64,000 nucleotides of DNA from Bdellovibrionales bacterium (GCA_965219095.1 OZ244719.1:96001-160000), one strand, 5' to 3'. Counted from the first letter of the stretch, positions 19,529 through 30,063 are shown. Numbers and translations are program-made. The notes: generated by a model not told the origin, from the sequence alone.

Positions 19529-20020
19529 CTAATGACGGCTGAAGAGTATAGCTAAGAAACCTTTTCTAAGGGGTTTTTTTCCTTCTTTAATCTTAATAAT
19601 AGTGTAACGTTCATTCAAAACTTTTGATAAAACTGCAAACTGAAAGTGATATGTTTTGCAAAAAGGATAGCCTTTCAAAAACTGGAAGTCTTTTTTGTGA
19701 ATTATAGAACGACTAACTAGTGTTTTAAGGAAGTTGTTTAGCTCTAAATCTCTTTTTAAAACAGCTAAAGTGGGAGCAGAACACCTTCTTCTATTAGGGT
19801 ACTTAAGCCTAAACCCTTTGATTTTAATGTTTTTAAAACTTCTTTTATCAGTTGAATCCAAAACAATGACTTTATTATTTTTTGAACGAAGCCAAATTTT
19901 TTGATAAAGTACTTTGTTTTCCTTGAAAATCTCCTTTGAGAAGCTACTTGATGAGATTAAAGTGACATTCAAAAATAATGTGAAAAAAAATGTAAATTTA
20001 TAGAATTTCAATACAGCCAA
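19529..20020 (-). CDS. Hypothetical basic exported protein
   Basis: Signal-peptide-like N-terminus, SD aaggag; no recognised motif. Confidence 0.55.
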   Translation of the reverse strand: MAVLKFYKFTFFFTLFLNVTLISSSSFSKEIFKENKVLYQKIWLRSKNNKVIVLDSTDKRSFKNIKIKGFRLKYPNRRRCSAPTLAVLKRDLELNNFLKTLVSRSIIHKKDFQFLKGYPFCKTYHFQFAVLSKVLNERYTIIKIKEGKKPLRKGFLAILFSRH

Positions 20021-20246
20021 GTTCTCCTTTCATTATTTGATTGCTACAACAACCTGTTACATTATATTATATAATAACTTAAAAGTCTTTCAAAAAATAG
20101 GGAAAATTTCGAATGTTCTATTTAAAAACCATGTATTTTTTACAAAGTTATGGTAAAATTTTCAAAAAACCAAAAGAAATTTTAAAATTTACATTGGTTC
20201 ATTCCAGTTTACTACTTTTCTATATCCTGTGAGAAGAAGCCGTATA

Positions 20247-20316
20247 TAGTGCTTCCGTTTAGGTTTTCAGTTTTTTTCTCTAGAGAATCGATCGGAAAAT
20301 CTAAGCGTATTCACTA
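20247..20316. mobile_element. 70-bp IS630-derived MITE, followed by a further partial end (20319-20331)
   Basis: tagtgcttccgtttaggttttcag...ggaaaatctaagcgtattcacta flanked by TA on both sides. Confidence 0.75.
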
Positions 20317-20337
20317 TATAGTGCTTTCGTTATAAAA

Positions 20338-21561
20338 TTACATGACAGAGTAAAAAAGGTTTGAAGGCTGAGGTTTATTAAGAACTTTGTAAGGGTTGTC
20401 AGCATGTTCAATTAAATATATAAAGGGCTTGAGGTTTTTTTGAAACGTAGAATCAATAATATTTCCCGGGTAAAAGCCTCCCCGTAAGAAAGAAGAGGGA
20501 TCAAGTTCGAATGTAAAGGAGATAATGTTATGAACTCCATAGGTCCAATCTGTTGTGTCTCCTGAAGCGATATAAAGACCGGAAGATTGCATAGGTTTAT
20601 ACCCATTCCAAGAGGCCATTTGTTGTGCCATAGTTCGATGAACAGCAAGGTCTGTTTTCTTAGCTATGGGAGAATAGGTATGCCCCCAAGGATAGAGAAT
20701 GAGTTGAGAGAATGTATGAATACTAAGACAGATTGTGATGTTTTCATGTGTTTGTATAAATTTCTTTATGGTTTGAGTTTCAGGTTCGCTGAAAGGACTA
20801 GGTCCCTTATAAACATCGCTTTTAGGATTAGAACTAGAACCCCCTGTCCCCCATTTAAAGCTATAGTTTCTGTTTAGATCCACTCCTAAGCTTCCATTAA
20901 AATTTTTTCTTAAATTTTTTCTCCAGCTTTTATAAATTCCCGCTTCAATATCATATTCTGCTCCATCAGGATTGACTAAAGGTATAATGTGGATCTCTCG
21001 GGATTTTATAAGGCGTACTACTTCAGGTGTTTTTTTTCTGAATTCTTCTACTAAATAACGTGCTAACTCTATGCCCATTTCTACAGACAAGTGCTCTCTT
21101 GCATGGGTTCCGCCCATGATGACAAGACCTGGTTTTTCATGGCTATTTTCTTGATCTGTAGAGATTACTATGTGGTAAATGTTCCTGTCGAGGATACTTT
21201 TTCCTATGATATGAGAAGAAACAATATCACTATTTTTTTGAACAAGATTTTCAATGAAATCTTTCATTTCATTATAATTGTGATAAGCCGAATCTCTTTC
21301 AGGAAAATCTTGAGTTTTAATAGGAAAGGCAATAGATACATGAAATTTCTTTTTAATTTGCTTTAAGGTTTGAGTTTGAACAAAAGCTACAACGTAATCC
21401 TTATTAACTTGTTCAATAGCAATTCCTGCATTGGCTATGGCTGTTCGTTCTTCTTTAGTATGAGCGGATATCTTAACCCAGTGGTATTGGTTTTGAGAAC
21501 TAAAAGAACTAAAGCCTACAAAAGAGATGGTTAAAAAAGTGATTAAAGTTATTGATTTCAT
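20338..21561 (-). CDS. Secreted M14 zinc carboxypeptidase (carboxypeptidase T-like)
   Basis: HAREH, NPDG, WRKN, GVDLNRNY, FSEPET, H.FSQLILYPW, FTFEL; signal peptide. Confidence 0.93.
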   Translation of the reverse strand: MKSITLITFLTISFVGFSSFSSQNQYHWVKISAHTKEERTAIANAGIAIEQVNKDYVVAFVQTQTLKQIKKKFHVSIAFPIKTQDFPERDSAYHNYNEMKDFIENLVQKNSDIVSSHIIGKSILDRNIYHIVISTDQENSHEKPGLVIMGGTHAREHLSVEMGIELARYLVEEFRKKTPEVVRLIKSREIHIIPLVNPDGAEYDIEAGIYKSWRKNLRKNFNGSLGVDLNRNYSFKWGTGGSSSNPKSDVYKGPSPFSEPETQTIKKFIQTHENITICLSIHTFSQLILYPWGHTYSPIAKKTDLAVHRTMAQQMASWNGYKPMQSSGLYIASGDTTDWTYGVHNIISFTFELDPSSFLRGGFYPGNIIDSTFQKNLKPFIYLIEHADNPYKVLNKPQPSNLFYSVM

Positions 21562-21612
21562 AGCACCCTCCTTAGTTTTTTGATCTATATTTTTTATAGA
21601 ATTTTATAAACC

Positions 21613-22653
21613 CTAATCTTTATGAGAAATAGTTGATAAGGAGTCTGGTTGTTCAGGCTTATCGGGAGGAATGGAATCAAGAGGTCTATAAGAGACTATA
21701 ATTTTTGAATTTAATGGTGGTGCCACTTCAAAGATGAGCTTTTTTCCGTCAATGATGAATTGGCTGTTTTCTTGTTGTGGCTGAACAGTCACTTTTAAAG
21801 AAGGAAGAAAGGGTTCTTTTTTGAGATGGAACACTTTAACAGGATTTCTAGGTTTTTTCCCAATTTCTTCTAACTCTTTTGAATAGTTTTTAGAGCAAAT
21901 GCTTTTTGAAAGGCCGTTTGTTTTTTGAGACAGCTCAAAAGCAAAGCTTCCATAGTTAGCAGTGCTACCTTGCTCTTCTCTACATCGTTTATCTCCAGGA
22001 AGAACAATAAGAGAATGAAACTGTAGGGTTTTTTGAGAAAAAACTTTATGAAATTTCCTCAAAACTTTTTCAGGTGTTACAAGGGAGCGCCCTGTTCCCG
22101 CTAAGCCATTGCTTCCTTCATCTTCATTAGAGAGAAGAACAACAGTAAATTCCACTCCGTTTCTAAAAAGATTTCTTGTTTTATTTCTTGACTTTTCAAT
22201 AGCTAAAAACACAGCTTCTAATCCTCTTTCATCAGAGGAAGGACAATTGGTATTACAAGGCCTTGGGGTTTCAGGTCTTATAATAGCATGTAAAAATTTT
22301 TCTTTGCGAAAAGGAGTATATGGTTTAAGAACTTTTAAACCTGTTTCATCAAATTCAATAAGCTCACCTTTCATACCGTATCTTTTGCTACTAACATCTG
22401 TGTTAGTGACAGACAACTGCCAATCCACCTCTTTGAGTTGCTCAATAAAAGAATCCATTTTATGGGCCATATCTTTTTGAGCTTTTGTCATAGAACGCGA
22501 GTTATCAATAACAACAAGAATGTCCAGTTTAGCAGGTTTGCCGTTTTGCCGTAAAACTTCTGATACAATAAGAGGTGCTTTAGTAAAGTTAACATCACTA
22601 CAGCTTAGTGCTACTAAAGATAAAAAACAAAAAAGAAGATTTTTTACTCTCAT
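21613..22653 (-). CDS. vWA-domain lipoprotein
   Basis: Lipobox ALSC; MIDAS DILVVIDNSRSM; LSNEDE; SICSKNY. Confidence 0.75.
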   Translation of the reverse strand: MRVKNLLFCFLSLVALSCSDVNFTKAPLIVSEVLRQNGKPAKLDILVVIDNSRSMTKAQKDMAHKMDSFIEQLKEVDWQLSVTNTDVSSKRYGMKGELIEFDETGLKVLKPYTPFRKEKFLHAIIRPETPRPCNTNCPSSDERGLEAVFLAIEKSRNKTRNLFRNGVEFTVVLLSNEDEGSNGLAGTGRSLVTPEKVLRKFHKVFSQKTLQFHSLIVLPGDKRCREEQGSTANYGSFAFELSQKTNGLSKSICSKNYSKELEEIGKKPRNPVKVFHLKKEPFLPSLKVTVQPQQENSQFIIDGKKLIFEVAPPLNSKIIVSYRPLDSIPPDKPEQPDSLSTISHKD

Positions 22654-22911
22654 ACTTCAAACGGTAAAATTCTTATTTCAGAAAAGCAAACTTTTTTAAT
22701 TTTTCCACACGAAAGTCTAGCGAAAAGAGCTCTCTTTTAACCTCTCTTTTTTCTAAAAAAGTTTAGAGTCATTAGCTAATTGAGGTTTTTTAGTCTTTAA
22801 TTTTTTTCGGTAAATAATTTGAAAATAATCTTTAGTCTAGAAAAAATGTTCTTATTTAAACAAGTAAAAATAAAGCTACTCAGGGGGGTTTTTTTTAGCT
22901 ATATTTTTTTT

Positions 22912-23238
22912 ATGGCTAGTCGTCGTACAGGAATAAGAATTCATAAGCATAAAAACGTAGGCCGTTATTTTAGAGCAAAAAGAATAAAAGCCGGCTTGAG
23001 CCAAGAAGCTGTTGCTAAGGCTTTGAATTATACAAGTATACAGATTGTTTCGAATTGGGAAAGAGGCCTCTGTTCTCCTCCAGGAAAAATACTAAAAAAT
23101 CTAAGTAAACTTTACAAAATTGATAAAATGGATATTATGGAATTTCTTGTTAGCCAATCAAGAATAGAGTATTTAGCTCTTTTAGGGATAAAAAACAAAG
23201 CCAATAAGTCTAAACCTAAAGTAAAAAGAAGAAAATAA
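22912..23238 (+). CDS. Small basic XRE-family HTH protein, paralog 1 (likely start ATG 22912)
   Basis: LSQEAVAKALNYTSIQIVSNWERGLCSPP; Lys-rich tail. Confidence 0.85.
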   Translation: MASRRTGIRIHKHKNVGRYFRAKRIKAGLSQEAVAKALNYTSIQIVSNWERGLCSPPGKILKNLSKLYKIDKMDIMEFLVSQSRIEYLALLGIKNKANKSKPKVKRRK

Positions 23239-23453
23239 ACATACCAGAAAAAAATCTTCAGCTTCACCTTTAAAAAACAAGAAAGGGAGTTTTTCATCTT
23301 GGTAAAGAAATTGTATATTCTTCACATATATAAAATGTTTATTTATAAGTTTCTAAATTTCAGTTTATAAGAACCAGGGTAAATGTAAGATTATGACTTC
23401 ATTAAAGTACTCTTTTGTTGTTTTATTTGACTTGAAAAAAATTTTCTAGAGCG

Positions 23454-23490
23454 GTGCATTATCCTTTTAAATAAACTAAATTTAGTTTAT
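23454..23490 (+). promoter_or_regulatory. Sigma70-like promoter overlapped by a 20-bp palindrome
   Basis: gtgcat-17 nt-taaatt; ataaactaaatttagtttat at 23471-23490; conserved upstream of paralog 3. Confidence 0.6.
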
Positions 23491-23539
23491 AAATGAGTTG
23501 GCAACAAAAAAACTGACAAAAAACAAAAAAGGAGATGTT

Positions 23540-23830
23540 ATGAAAAAAAAGAAAATACACCAAAATGTAGGACGTTACTTTAGAGCAAAAAGAATAAAAT
23601 CAGGTTTGAGTCAAGAGGAAGTGGTTAAGTCTTTAGGCTACACCAGTATACAGATCGTTTCGAATTGGGAGAGAGGAATTTGTTCCCCTCCTTCAAGAAT
23701 TCTTAAAAGCTTAATGAAGCTCTACAAAATTGACAAAAAAGAGTATCTTGAGTTTTTCATAAGTGAGACTCGTAGAGAGTATATAAGCCTTTTAGGCTTA
23801 AGACAGACAAAGAAAAAAACCAAAAAGTAA
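23540..23830 (+). CDS. Small basic XRE-family HTH protein, paralog 2 (likely start ATG 23540)
   Basis: SD aggag; LSQEEVVKSLGYTSIQIVSNWERGICSPP. Confidence 0.85.
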   Translation: MKKKKIHQNVGRYFRAKRIKSGLSQEEVVKSLGYTSIQIVSNWERGICSPPSRILKSLMKLYKIDKKEYLEFFISETRREYISLLGLRQTKKKTKK

Positions 23831-23860
23831 AATGGCTTACTCAAGAGACTAAAAATTTTA

Positions 23861-23902
23861 CAAAAAAAAGGATAGCTTTTGTTGAAGCTATCCTTTTTTT
23901 TG
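23861..23902. terminator. Bidirectional intrinsic terminator
   Basis: A8-ggatagctt loop aagctatcc-T8. Confidence 0.8.
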
Positions 23903-23983
23903 TTGAAAATTTTTCAAAATATATAAAATTTACACACCAAAGAGCTTTTACTTGGCTTTTAAAAAAGTTTCTTCTTTTTTGCT

Positions 23984-24018
23984 TTGCATTATTCTTTTAA
24001 ACAAACTAAATTTAGTTT
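23984..24018 (+). promoter_or_regulatory. Sigma70-like promoter overlapped by a 16-bp palindrome
   Basis: ttgcat-17 nt-taaatt; aaactaaatttagttt at 24003-24018. Confidence 0.6.
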
Positions 24019-24094
24019 AGAATCTGACTTCTAGATAGAAGGAAGAAGAATAAAACTATGAAAACCAAAAGAAAAAACAGAAAGGAGAAATAAA

Positions 24095-24397
24095 ATGAGA
24101 ATAAGAGCAAACCGTCATTCACGAACAGGGAGTTACTTCAGGAACAAAAGATTAGAAGTAGGTCTTGATCAAGAGGATGTAGCTAAAGCACTAGATTACA
24201 CAAGCACACAAATGATTTCTAACTGGGAAAGAGGTCTATGCTCTCCCCCAGGAAAAGTCCTTAAAACTCTAATGAAGCTTTATAAGATTAAAAGGGAAGA
24301 GCTTATGAGTTTTCTTGTTGATCAGGTGAAAATAGAATATGAAGCTTTACTAGGGCAATCTAAAGCTAGAAGAAAAGTAAGAAGAAAAGCTAAGTAA
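24095..24397 (+). CDS. Small basic XRE-family HTH protein, paralog 3
   Basis: LDQEDVAKALDYTSTQMISNWERGLCSPP; SD aggag. Confidence 0.88.
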   Translation: MRIRANRHSRTGSYFRNKRLEVGLDQEDVAKALDYTSTQMISNWERGLCSPPGKVLKTLMKLYKIKREELMSFLVDQVKIEYEALLGQSKARRKVRRKAK

Positions 24398-24404
24398 AAA
24401 TAAA

Positions 24405-24428
24405 GCCTCCTCAAAAGAATCTGTGGGT
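24405..24428. repeat. Solitary ISL3 terminal IR
   Basis: gcctcctcaaaagaatctgtgggt is identical to the ISL3 right end. Confidence 0.8.
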
Positions 24429-24523
24429 AAAAACTAGACCCCGCTTTCTGTGTATGAATTTTGAAGTGCAATCAGTATAAATTACCCATGAAAAAGCATG
24501 AATGGCTAAATGGTATTTATAAT

Positions 24524-25378
24524 TTAAGATAAAAGATTCTTTATAGGAAGAGGGAGTTTATCAAAAGGAGTTAAAAGCCCTGATTTAAGAGATTTTTCTA
24601 AAGCTTTTGAATTTTTCCACACATGACCTTCTTTTAAAAAAAGCTTCAAAAATTCAAAGCTTTTCTTATTGTTATTTTTCATAACTTCCATTACATGCTC
24701 TATTTCTACAGGCTTCACATCCTCTTTCCAACAATCGTAATCTGTTACAAAACAGCATGGAAGATAAGCCAGTCCTGCTTCTTTAGCTAAAGCGTACTCA
24801 GGAAAGTTTGTCATACCTATGACGTCTGCCTTTAAAGCTCTATAAGACTGCGATTCAGCTTTAGTAGAAAAATAAGGCCCTTCAATACAGACATAGGTTT
24901 TTTTTTCATAAGTTGTGAAATCACATTGTTGCGATACTTCATATGCTTTTTGACTAAGAACTTTACATACAGGATCAGCTAAAGACACATGGGCTACCAC
25001 CCCTTTTCCTGTAAAAGAAGAAGCTCTTAAAGATTTTGTTCTATCAATGTATTGATTTACGATTACCATATCTCCGGGCCTTAATGTTTCATTCAAACTT
25101 CCTACAGCAGAAAAAGACAAGATCGCTTTTGTGCCTAATGTTTTAAGAGCATAAATGTTAGCTCTATAGTTCACTTCAGAAGGCAAGAGTTCATGTGAGA
25201 TTCCATGACGAGGAAGAAAGAGCAGTTTATGCCCCTGAATCTTAACAAATTTCAAACCACTTGAAGTCTGCCCAAAAGGAGTTTTTCGAGAGCATTCCTC
25301 CTGCACCTCAAACTCCTTAAACGTTTCGAAACCAGAACCACCTATGACAGCTAACATGGGACACCTTCCCAAAAACAA
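24524..25378 (-). CDS. mtnP: S-methyl-5'-thioadenosine phosphorylase family (MTAP)
   Basis: IGGSG, TPFG, PRHG, NYRANIYAL, EGP.FST.AES, IGMT, VTDYDCW. Confidence 0.88.
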   Translation of the reverse strand: MFLGRCPMLAVIGGSGFETFKEFEVQEECSRKTPFGQTSSGLKFVKIQGHKLLFLPRHGISHELLPSEVNYRANIYALKTLGTKAILSFSAVGSLNETLRPGDMVIVNQYIDRTKSLRASSFTGKGVVAHVSLADPVCKVLSQKAYEVSQQCDFTTYEKKTYVCIEGPYFSTKAESQSYRALKADVIGMTNFPEYALAKEAGLAYLPCCFVTDYDCWKEDVKPVEIEHVMEVMKNNNKKSFEFLKLFLKEGHVWKNSKALEKSLKSGLLTPFDKLPLPIKNLLS

Positions 25379-25419
25379 AAAGTGATCTTATAAAAAACTA
25401 TCATTTAAAAGTTCTTGTC

Positions 25420-26952
25420 TTATTCATTTCTTGTTTTATTCATCTCTAGCTGAACTTGCTTTAAAAACTGTTTATTTTGAGGAAGAGCCAAATAAAGGTC
25501 AGCCCAAAGAGGAACATCCACTTGCCTTATATCCCACTGAAAGTGGTTTTTCCTATCCCATTTCATAATTTCTTGATAAACTTTCTTATACCAGTAAGTT
25601 TTAAAAAAACTACGGAAATGTGAAGGCTTTCTTTTCTTAACCCAAACAAAAGTTTTTTTCAAGAGATCGTCATTACATGACTTAAAGTTTTTTTCATGTT
25701 TAGGGAAGAACAGATTCAAGCAAGACTTTACAGGAATTAAAAAATCCTTATTAAGGTTCTTAGCTCCTACAAGTCGCCATTCAGGACGGTGAGATTGTAA
25801 AAGAGCCTGCCATTTTTGCTTTTCAAGATTTCTTTGAGCTTCCCAACTTTTTGAAAGTTGAGTTTCTTTTTCATGTTTAAAAGTCCAAGGGTCTAAAGAT
25901 AAGTTTCTGAAAAAATTTGTTAACTCCTGAGAAACCATTTTGTTCTTTACAAGCAGTTCAGATTGAAAAAGTTTAGGCTTTTGATCCCACAAAAACAAAT
26001 AAGAATCTTTCCTTACAGCGAAACGACTTCTGCTTTTATGCTTCCACTGAGTCCAAGAGGATTCCATTAAAATTTTTCTACCTTGAAACTGAGGAGCGGA
26101 CTTTTCTTTTAAAAGGGGTTTAAGGGAATAAATGGGTAATTCTTTAAGTAAGTTTTTTGGGCTCTTAGGTAAGCCTAAAAGATCATAAAATGTCTCCCCT
26201 AAATCAACCAAACTCACCAAATCTGTAATACTTTTCTTTTTATATGTTGATTTGATCCACAGAGGGACTCTTGTTTTTGATGCCTTTAAATTATAGGGAA
26301 GACCTTTGCCCTGAAGGCCTAAAAGAATAACAAAAGAATCAGGCCTTATTTTTTTTAATTTTATGACCATCGCTTCAATTTTTTGAATCAAATTTTGTTT
26401 TGATTCACCAAACTGTAAATCAGAAAGATAAATGAAAGTGACAAAAAACTCCTTAGAGGAAACTTCTTGTTCTAGCCAATAAAAAAACTGTTGAAAATTC
26501 TTCTGAGCGGGAATATAAATTTCATTTTTAGAAATATCAGGTTGATCTTGAAACACTTCAAAACCTTGTTGAAGTCCTGCCTTTTTAAAAATAGGGACTC
26601 CTCCTGAAAAAAAACTTGTACGAAAACCTTTTAAAACTGCTTTTTCTGCAAGTGTCTCTACTTCAGATGACAAAAATTGATCTCCATTATGCCAAACATG
26701 ATTTTCAAAGGGGTACTTCCCTGTCATTAAAGAAACCACAACAGCTTGGCTAAAAGTTGAAGGTGTGTAAGCTTGAGAAAATTTTGTAAAATCATAACAC
26801 CAATCTTTTTGGCACACTAAATCTTCAAAACCTAAGGAATCCACCATAAGAACAGTTAATGAACTTTTAGCAAAACAAAAAAAACCAAAACTCAAGGTCA
26901 GAAAAAACCATAAAAATTTATAAACCATATCATTTTTTATTATAACTAGCAC
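25420..26952 (-). CDS. Sulfatase/alkaline phosphatase superfamily-like exported protein
   Basis: VDSL, F..AYTPS, SLMTG.YP, GF..F.D, VSLVDL; the canonical CxPxR motif is absent. Confidence 0.7.
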   Translation of the reverse strand: MLVIIKNDMVYKFLWFFLTLSFGFFCFAKSSLTVLMVDSLGFEDLVCQKDWCYDFTKFSQAYTPSTFSQAVVVSLMTGKYPFENHVWHNGDQFLSSEVETLAEKAVLKGFRTSFFSGGVPIFKKAGLQQGFEVFQDQPDISKNEIYIPAQKNFQQFFYWLEQEVSSKEFFVTFIYLSDLQFGESKQNLIQKIEAMVIKLKKIRPDSFVILLGLQGKGLPYNLKASKTRVPLWIKSTYKKKSITDLVSLVDLGETFYDLLGLPKSPKNLLKELPIYSLKPLLKEKSAPQFQGRKILMESSWTQWKHKSRSRFAVRKDSYLFLWDQKPKLFQSELLVKNKMVSQELTNFFRNLSLDPWTFKHEKETQLSKSWEAQRNLEKQKWQALLQSHRPEWRLVGAKNLNKDFLIPVKSCLNLFFPKHEKNFKSCNDDLLKKTFVWVKKRKPSHFRSFFKTYWYKKVYQEIMKWDRKNHFQWDIRQVDVPLWADLYLALPQNKQFLKQVQLEMNKTRNE

Positions 26953-26964
26953 TACTTTGGCAAG

Positions 26965-27174
26965 TTATCCATAACCCTTTTCATAAAGAGATGGAGTCCA
27001 AAGACTTTGATGTTGACATTTAGGACAGATATGTATCTTTAGGAGTTCGTTAATAATGCTACGAACCTGAGGAAGTGTTATATTTTTTAGTTTTTTTAAC
27101 TCTGAATATCTCACACTCACCCCCTCCTGAGGTATCTTTGAGCCTACTATAGCACAACTTAATTCACTTGCCAA
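26965..27174 (-). CDS. Hypothetical small protein or gene remnant (CPKC)
   Basis: ORF track only; co-oriented with the downstream genes. Confidence 0.3.
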   Translation of the reverse strand: MASELSCAIVGSKIPQEGVSVRYSELKKLKNITLPQVRSIINELLKIHICPKCQHQSLWTPSLYEKGYG

Positions 27175-27335
27175 AGTAATACTAGTTGTCCGTGAAAAAG
27201 TAGTTATTTCTTTTATTTACCCATATTTTCCATGAGAAGAAAAGCTACAAGGAAGGTGAGCTTTTAAAAAACTTCTAAAATTCGAGATTTTGCAAAGGTT
27301 TTTCGTCTTTATCTTTCATTTACTTGTAAAATATA

Positions 27336-28471
27336 TAGTGCTTCCGTTTAGGTTTTCAGTTTCCTAAGATAGAGAAGTTATCAGTTATCAAAGTTTCTAA
27401 TTTAGATCTGTGTTTTCGTATTCCTCTAAAAAATTGACTTAAACTTCCCTTGAAATCGTCATAGTTTTCATAATATCGATTCGCCGTGACTTCTTTTTTC
27501 ATAAACTTCCAAAGTCTTTCTATAGGATTTAAATTCGGTGAGTACGGAGGAAGATAAACAAGTTTTATATTCAACTCTTTCGCTAACTTCTTGACAGACT
27601 TCGATCTATTGTATCCGGCCCCATCTAAGATAAGATGAATCTCTTTTTCATCGGGATGCTTCTTGCGAATATGATGGAGCATATCACATATGGAAACATG
27701 GTTAACTGTCTTATAACTCCTGACTACCGTCTTCAAACTATTGATCTCAATAGCTCCACAAACATTCACTCTTTTTCTCCAGCCTGAATTGGTCTTCACT
27801 TCAAACTTCTTACCCTCTCTTATCCAACCATATGAAATCGTAGGGCCCCACTCAGGATGTGTGGAATCAGCAAAGTAAACAGGACCGTCTTTCTTCTTAA
27901 TTCTCTTGTATTTACGCACAAACTTTTTCTGCTCTTCTCTCTTTGCCTTACCCGGTATCGCTGTGGCTTTTTTATAAGAAAAACCAAGGCGATGGAGAAG
28001 ATCAATTACACCACTTGTTAAAGTACGTAACACCAAAATTCTCCTCAATGAACTGAATAAGGGCCTGTGATGATGGAAAAATTCTTTTCTCTAATTCCTT
28101 TAAAAGCATTTTCTCCTCTTTCTTAGTTAAAAAGGACCTTTTAGGGTTGTAATTGTCGTTGATTAAGCACCTATTCCGCCTTTGTTATAACGATCTCTAC
28201 AGGCTCTTATCGTGCCCTCATCAATGAAAAGAAAACGGGAAATATCTTTACACAACTCACCTTTATCTAAATGGAGAATTGTCATAATCCTTTTTGCGTA
28301 TTTAAGATTTTTCTCTAGAGATAGTTCATAGAGTAAATCTTTTCGCTCTTTTTTTGATAGAAACCCTGACATATGAAACTATTTTTAAAAATAAATGACT
28401 TTTTATCAAGGCCTTAGAATAAAAACTAGACCTCAACTCAAAAAAAACGGAAAACCTAAGCGGAAGCACTA
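27336..28471 (-). mobile_element. IS630-family element (TAGTGCTTCCG-ended type), extra frameshift in orfA
   Basis: IRs tagtgcttccgtttaggttttc / gaaaacctaagcggaagcacta, TA duplication; ORFs 28163-28372 and 27356-28048 (LPPYSPNLNPIERLW). Confidence 0.93.
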
Positions 28472-28639
28472 TAGATGTGTTTTAGGGTTAATCTCTGTAG
28501 TAGAAAACAACAGAGGTAGAGGACTTTGTTGTATGCTAAGCCTTTGAGTTTAACTAAGGTCTAGCGATTCATTGATAAATAGAGATGCTTTCCTGTAACC
28601 TAAGACCTTAGGAATACAAAGCAAGTATGGTAAGAAGGA

Positions 28640-28805
28640 AAATCGATTTAAGAAATTTTATGAATCAAGCTCATGAAGCTTCATGAAACGCAAGATTCTT
28701 ACATCAAATGAAGACTCCTTCAATTATCAGACTCCAAACTCAATAGGAATGATGTCACCTCAAGTGGAAACAACTTGATCTAAAACGCTTGTGTACAACA
28801 ACTCT
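28640..28805 (+). pseudogene. Second IS903-group 3' remnant
   Basis: About 150 bp inverted similarity to 13381-13530. Confidence 0.6.
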
Positions 28806-28935
28806 GGGGTAGAGTGTAAAAAACCTAGACTTTTGGCAATTTTTTACAAGACTCTAACTAGAAAAAAACCTTTCAAGCTATTTTAGCACCTCGATGACCC
28901 TATAGGTTATTGACTTTTCCTACAGAGTACTTAAG

Positions 28936-30063
28936 ATGAGGGGCATGAATTATCTATCTCATCTATGGCTTAATGCTAAGACAGCTTTTATAGCTCTTTT
29001 AGGACTTCTACAAAGTCCTGAAGTGAGGAGTTTTGAACTCTCTAAACTCCATCTTCCCGATAACTTCTCCATTTCTGTTTTTGCCCGCATACCTGCAGCT
29101 CGTTCTTTAAGCCTTAGTCCCTCTGGGACTTTGTTTGTAGGTACCAGAGGAGCAGGTAAAGTCTATGCTGTTTTAGATACTGACAAAAATTTTGTTGCTG
29201 ATAAAATCTATACTTTAGCTCAAGATCTTGGCATGCCTAATGGGATTGCTTTTCATAAAGGTGATTTGTATGTAGCAGATATCCATCAGGTTTTAAGATT
29301 CAAGGATGTGGAAAATAATCTTGCGAAAACAACAAACTTTGAAGTGATCTATAAAAAACTACCTCGTAAGTTTCATCATGGGTGGCGTTATATAGCTTTT
29401 GGAAAAGACGGCCTTCTTTATATGGCAGTAGGAGCTCCTTGCAATGTATGTTTAGAAAAAGATCCTATATTTGCCACCATCATTCGTATTAACTTGGAAA
29501 CAAAAACTCATGAGATAATAGCCCAAGGGGTGAGAAATTCAGTAGGTTTTGACTGGCATCCTCTCACATCTGAACTTTGGTTTACTGATAACGGACGTGA
29601 TTTCTTAGGAGACAACCTCCCTCCTTGTGAACTCAATTCTCTATCGCAAAAAAATCAACATTTCGGCTTTCCCTATTGTCATGGAAAAAATATAGCTGAT
29701 AGAGATTTTAATCAGAAAACATGTGATAGTTTTGTGCCTCCTCGTTATGAATTTCCTGCTCATGTATCACCTTTAGGTATGAGATTTTATACAGGGAAAA
29801 TGTTCCCCAAAAAGTACCGTAATCAAATTTTTGTAGCAGAACATGGTTCATGGAACAGGACTAAAAAAGTAGGTTATAAAGTGTCTTTAATAGAACTAGA
29901 GAACAACAGGGTTATATCTTATACTGATTTCATCAAAGGTTTTTTGCAACCGGGAGAAGAAGTTCTAGGACGGCCCGTTGATATTATAGTTGATCATACA
30001 GGAGCCTTACTCATATCAGATGATCGTGCAGGTCTTATTTATCGTGTAACCTATAAAGAATAA
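28936..30063 (+). CDS. PQQ-dependent sugar/sorbosone dehydrogenase family beta-propeller
   Basis: GAPCN.C, GVRNSVGFDW, LWFTDNGRD, AHVSPLG, HGSWNR, GRPVD, SDD.AG.IY. Confidence 0.9.
   Translation: MRGMNYLSHLWLNAKTAFIALLGLLQSPEVRSFELSKLHLPDNFSISVFARIPAARSLSLSPSGTLFVGTRGAGKVYAVLDTDKNFVADKIYTLAQDLGMPNGIAFHKGDLYVADIHQVLRFKDVENNLAKTTNFEVIYKKLPRKFHHGWRYIAFGKDGLLYMAVGAPCNVCLEKDPIFATIIRINLETKTHEIIAQGVRNSVGFDWHPLTSELWFTDNGRDFLGDNLPPCELNSLSQKNQHFGFPYCHGKNIADRDFNQKTCDSFVPPRYEFPAHVSPLGMRFYTGKMFPKKYRNQIFVAEHGSWNRTKKVGYKVSLIELENNRVISYTDFIKGFLQPGEEVLGRPVDIIVDHTGALLISDDRAGLIYRVTYKE

Noticed and set aside
2846..22480. Short + strand ORFs opposite housekeeping genes (2846, 5260, 7438, 9160, 20587, 21091, 22109)
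   Set aside because: Antisense shadows of well-supported genes, with no motifs.
22819..22911. Long N-terminal extensions of XRE paralogs 1 and 2 in the ORF track
   Set aside because: Paralog alignment and SD position favour ATG 22912 and 23540.
13381..28797. 150-bp inverted repeats as ends of an invertible segment or an ncRNA
   Set aside because: Both translate as IS903-group transposase C-termini and are diverged remnants.
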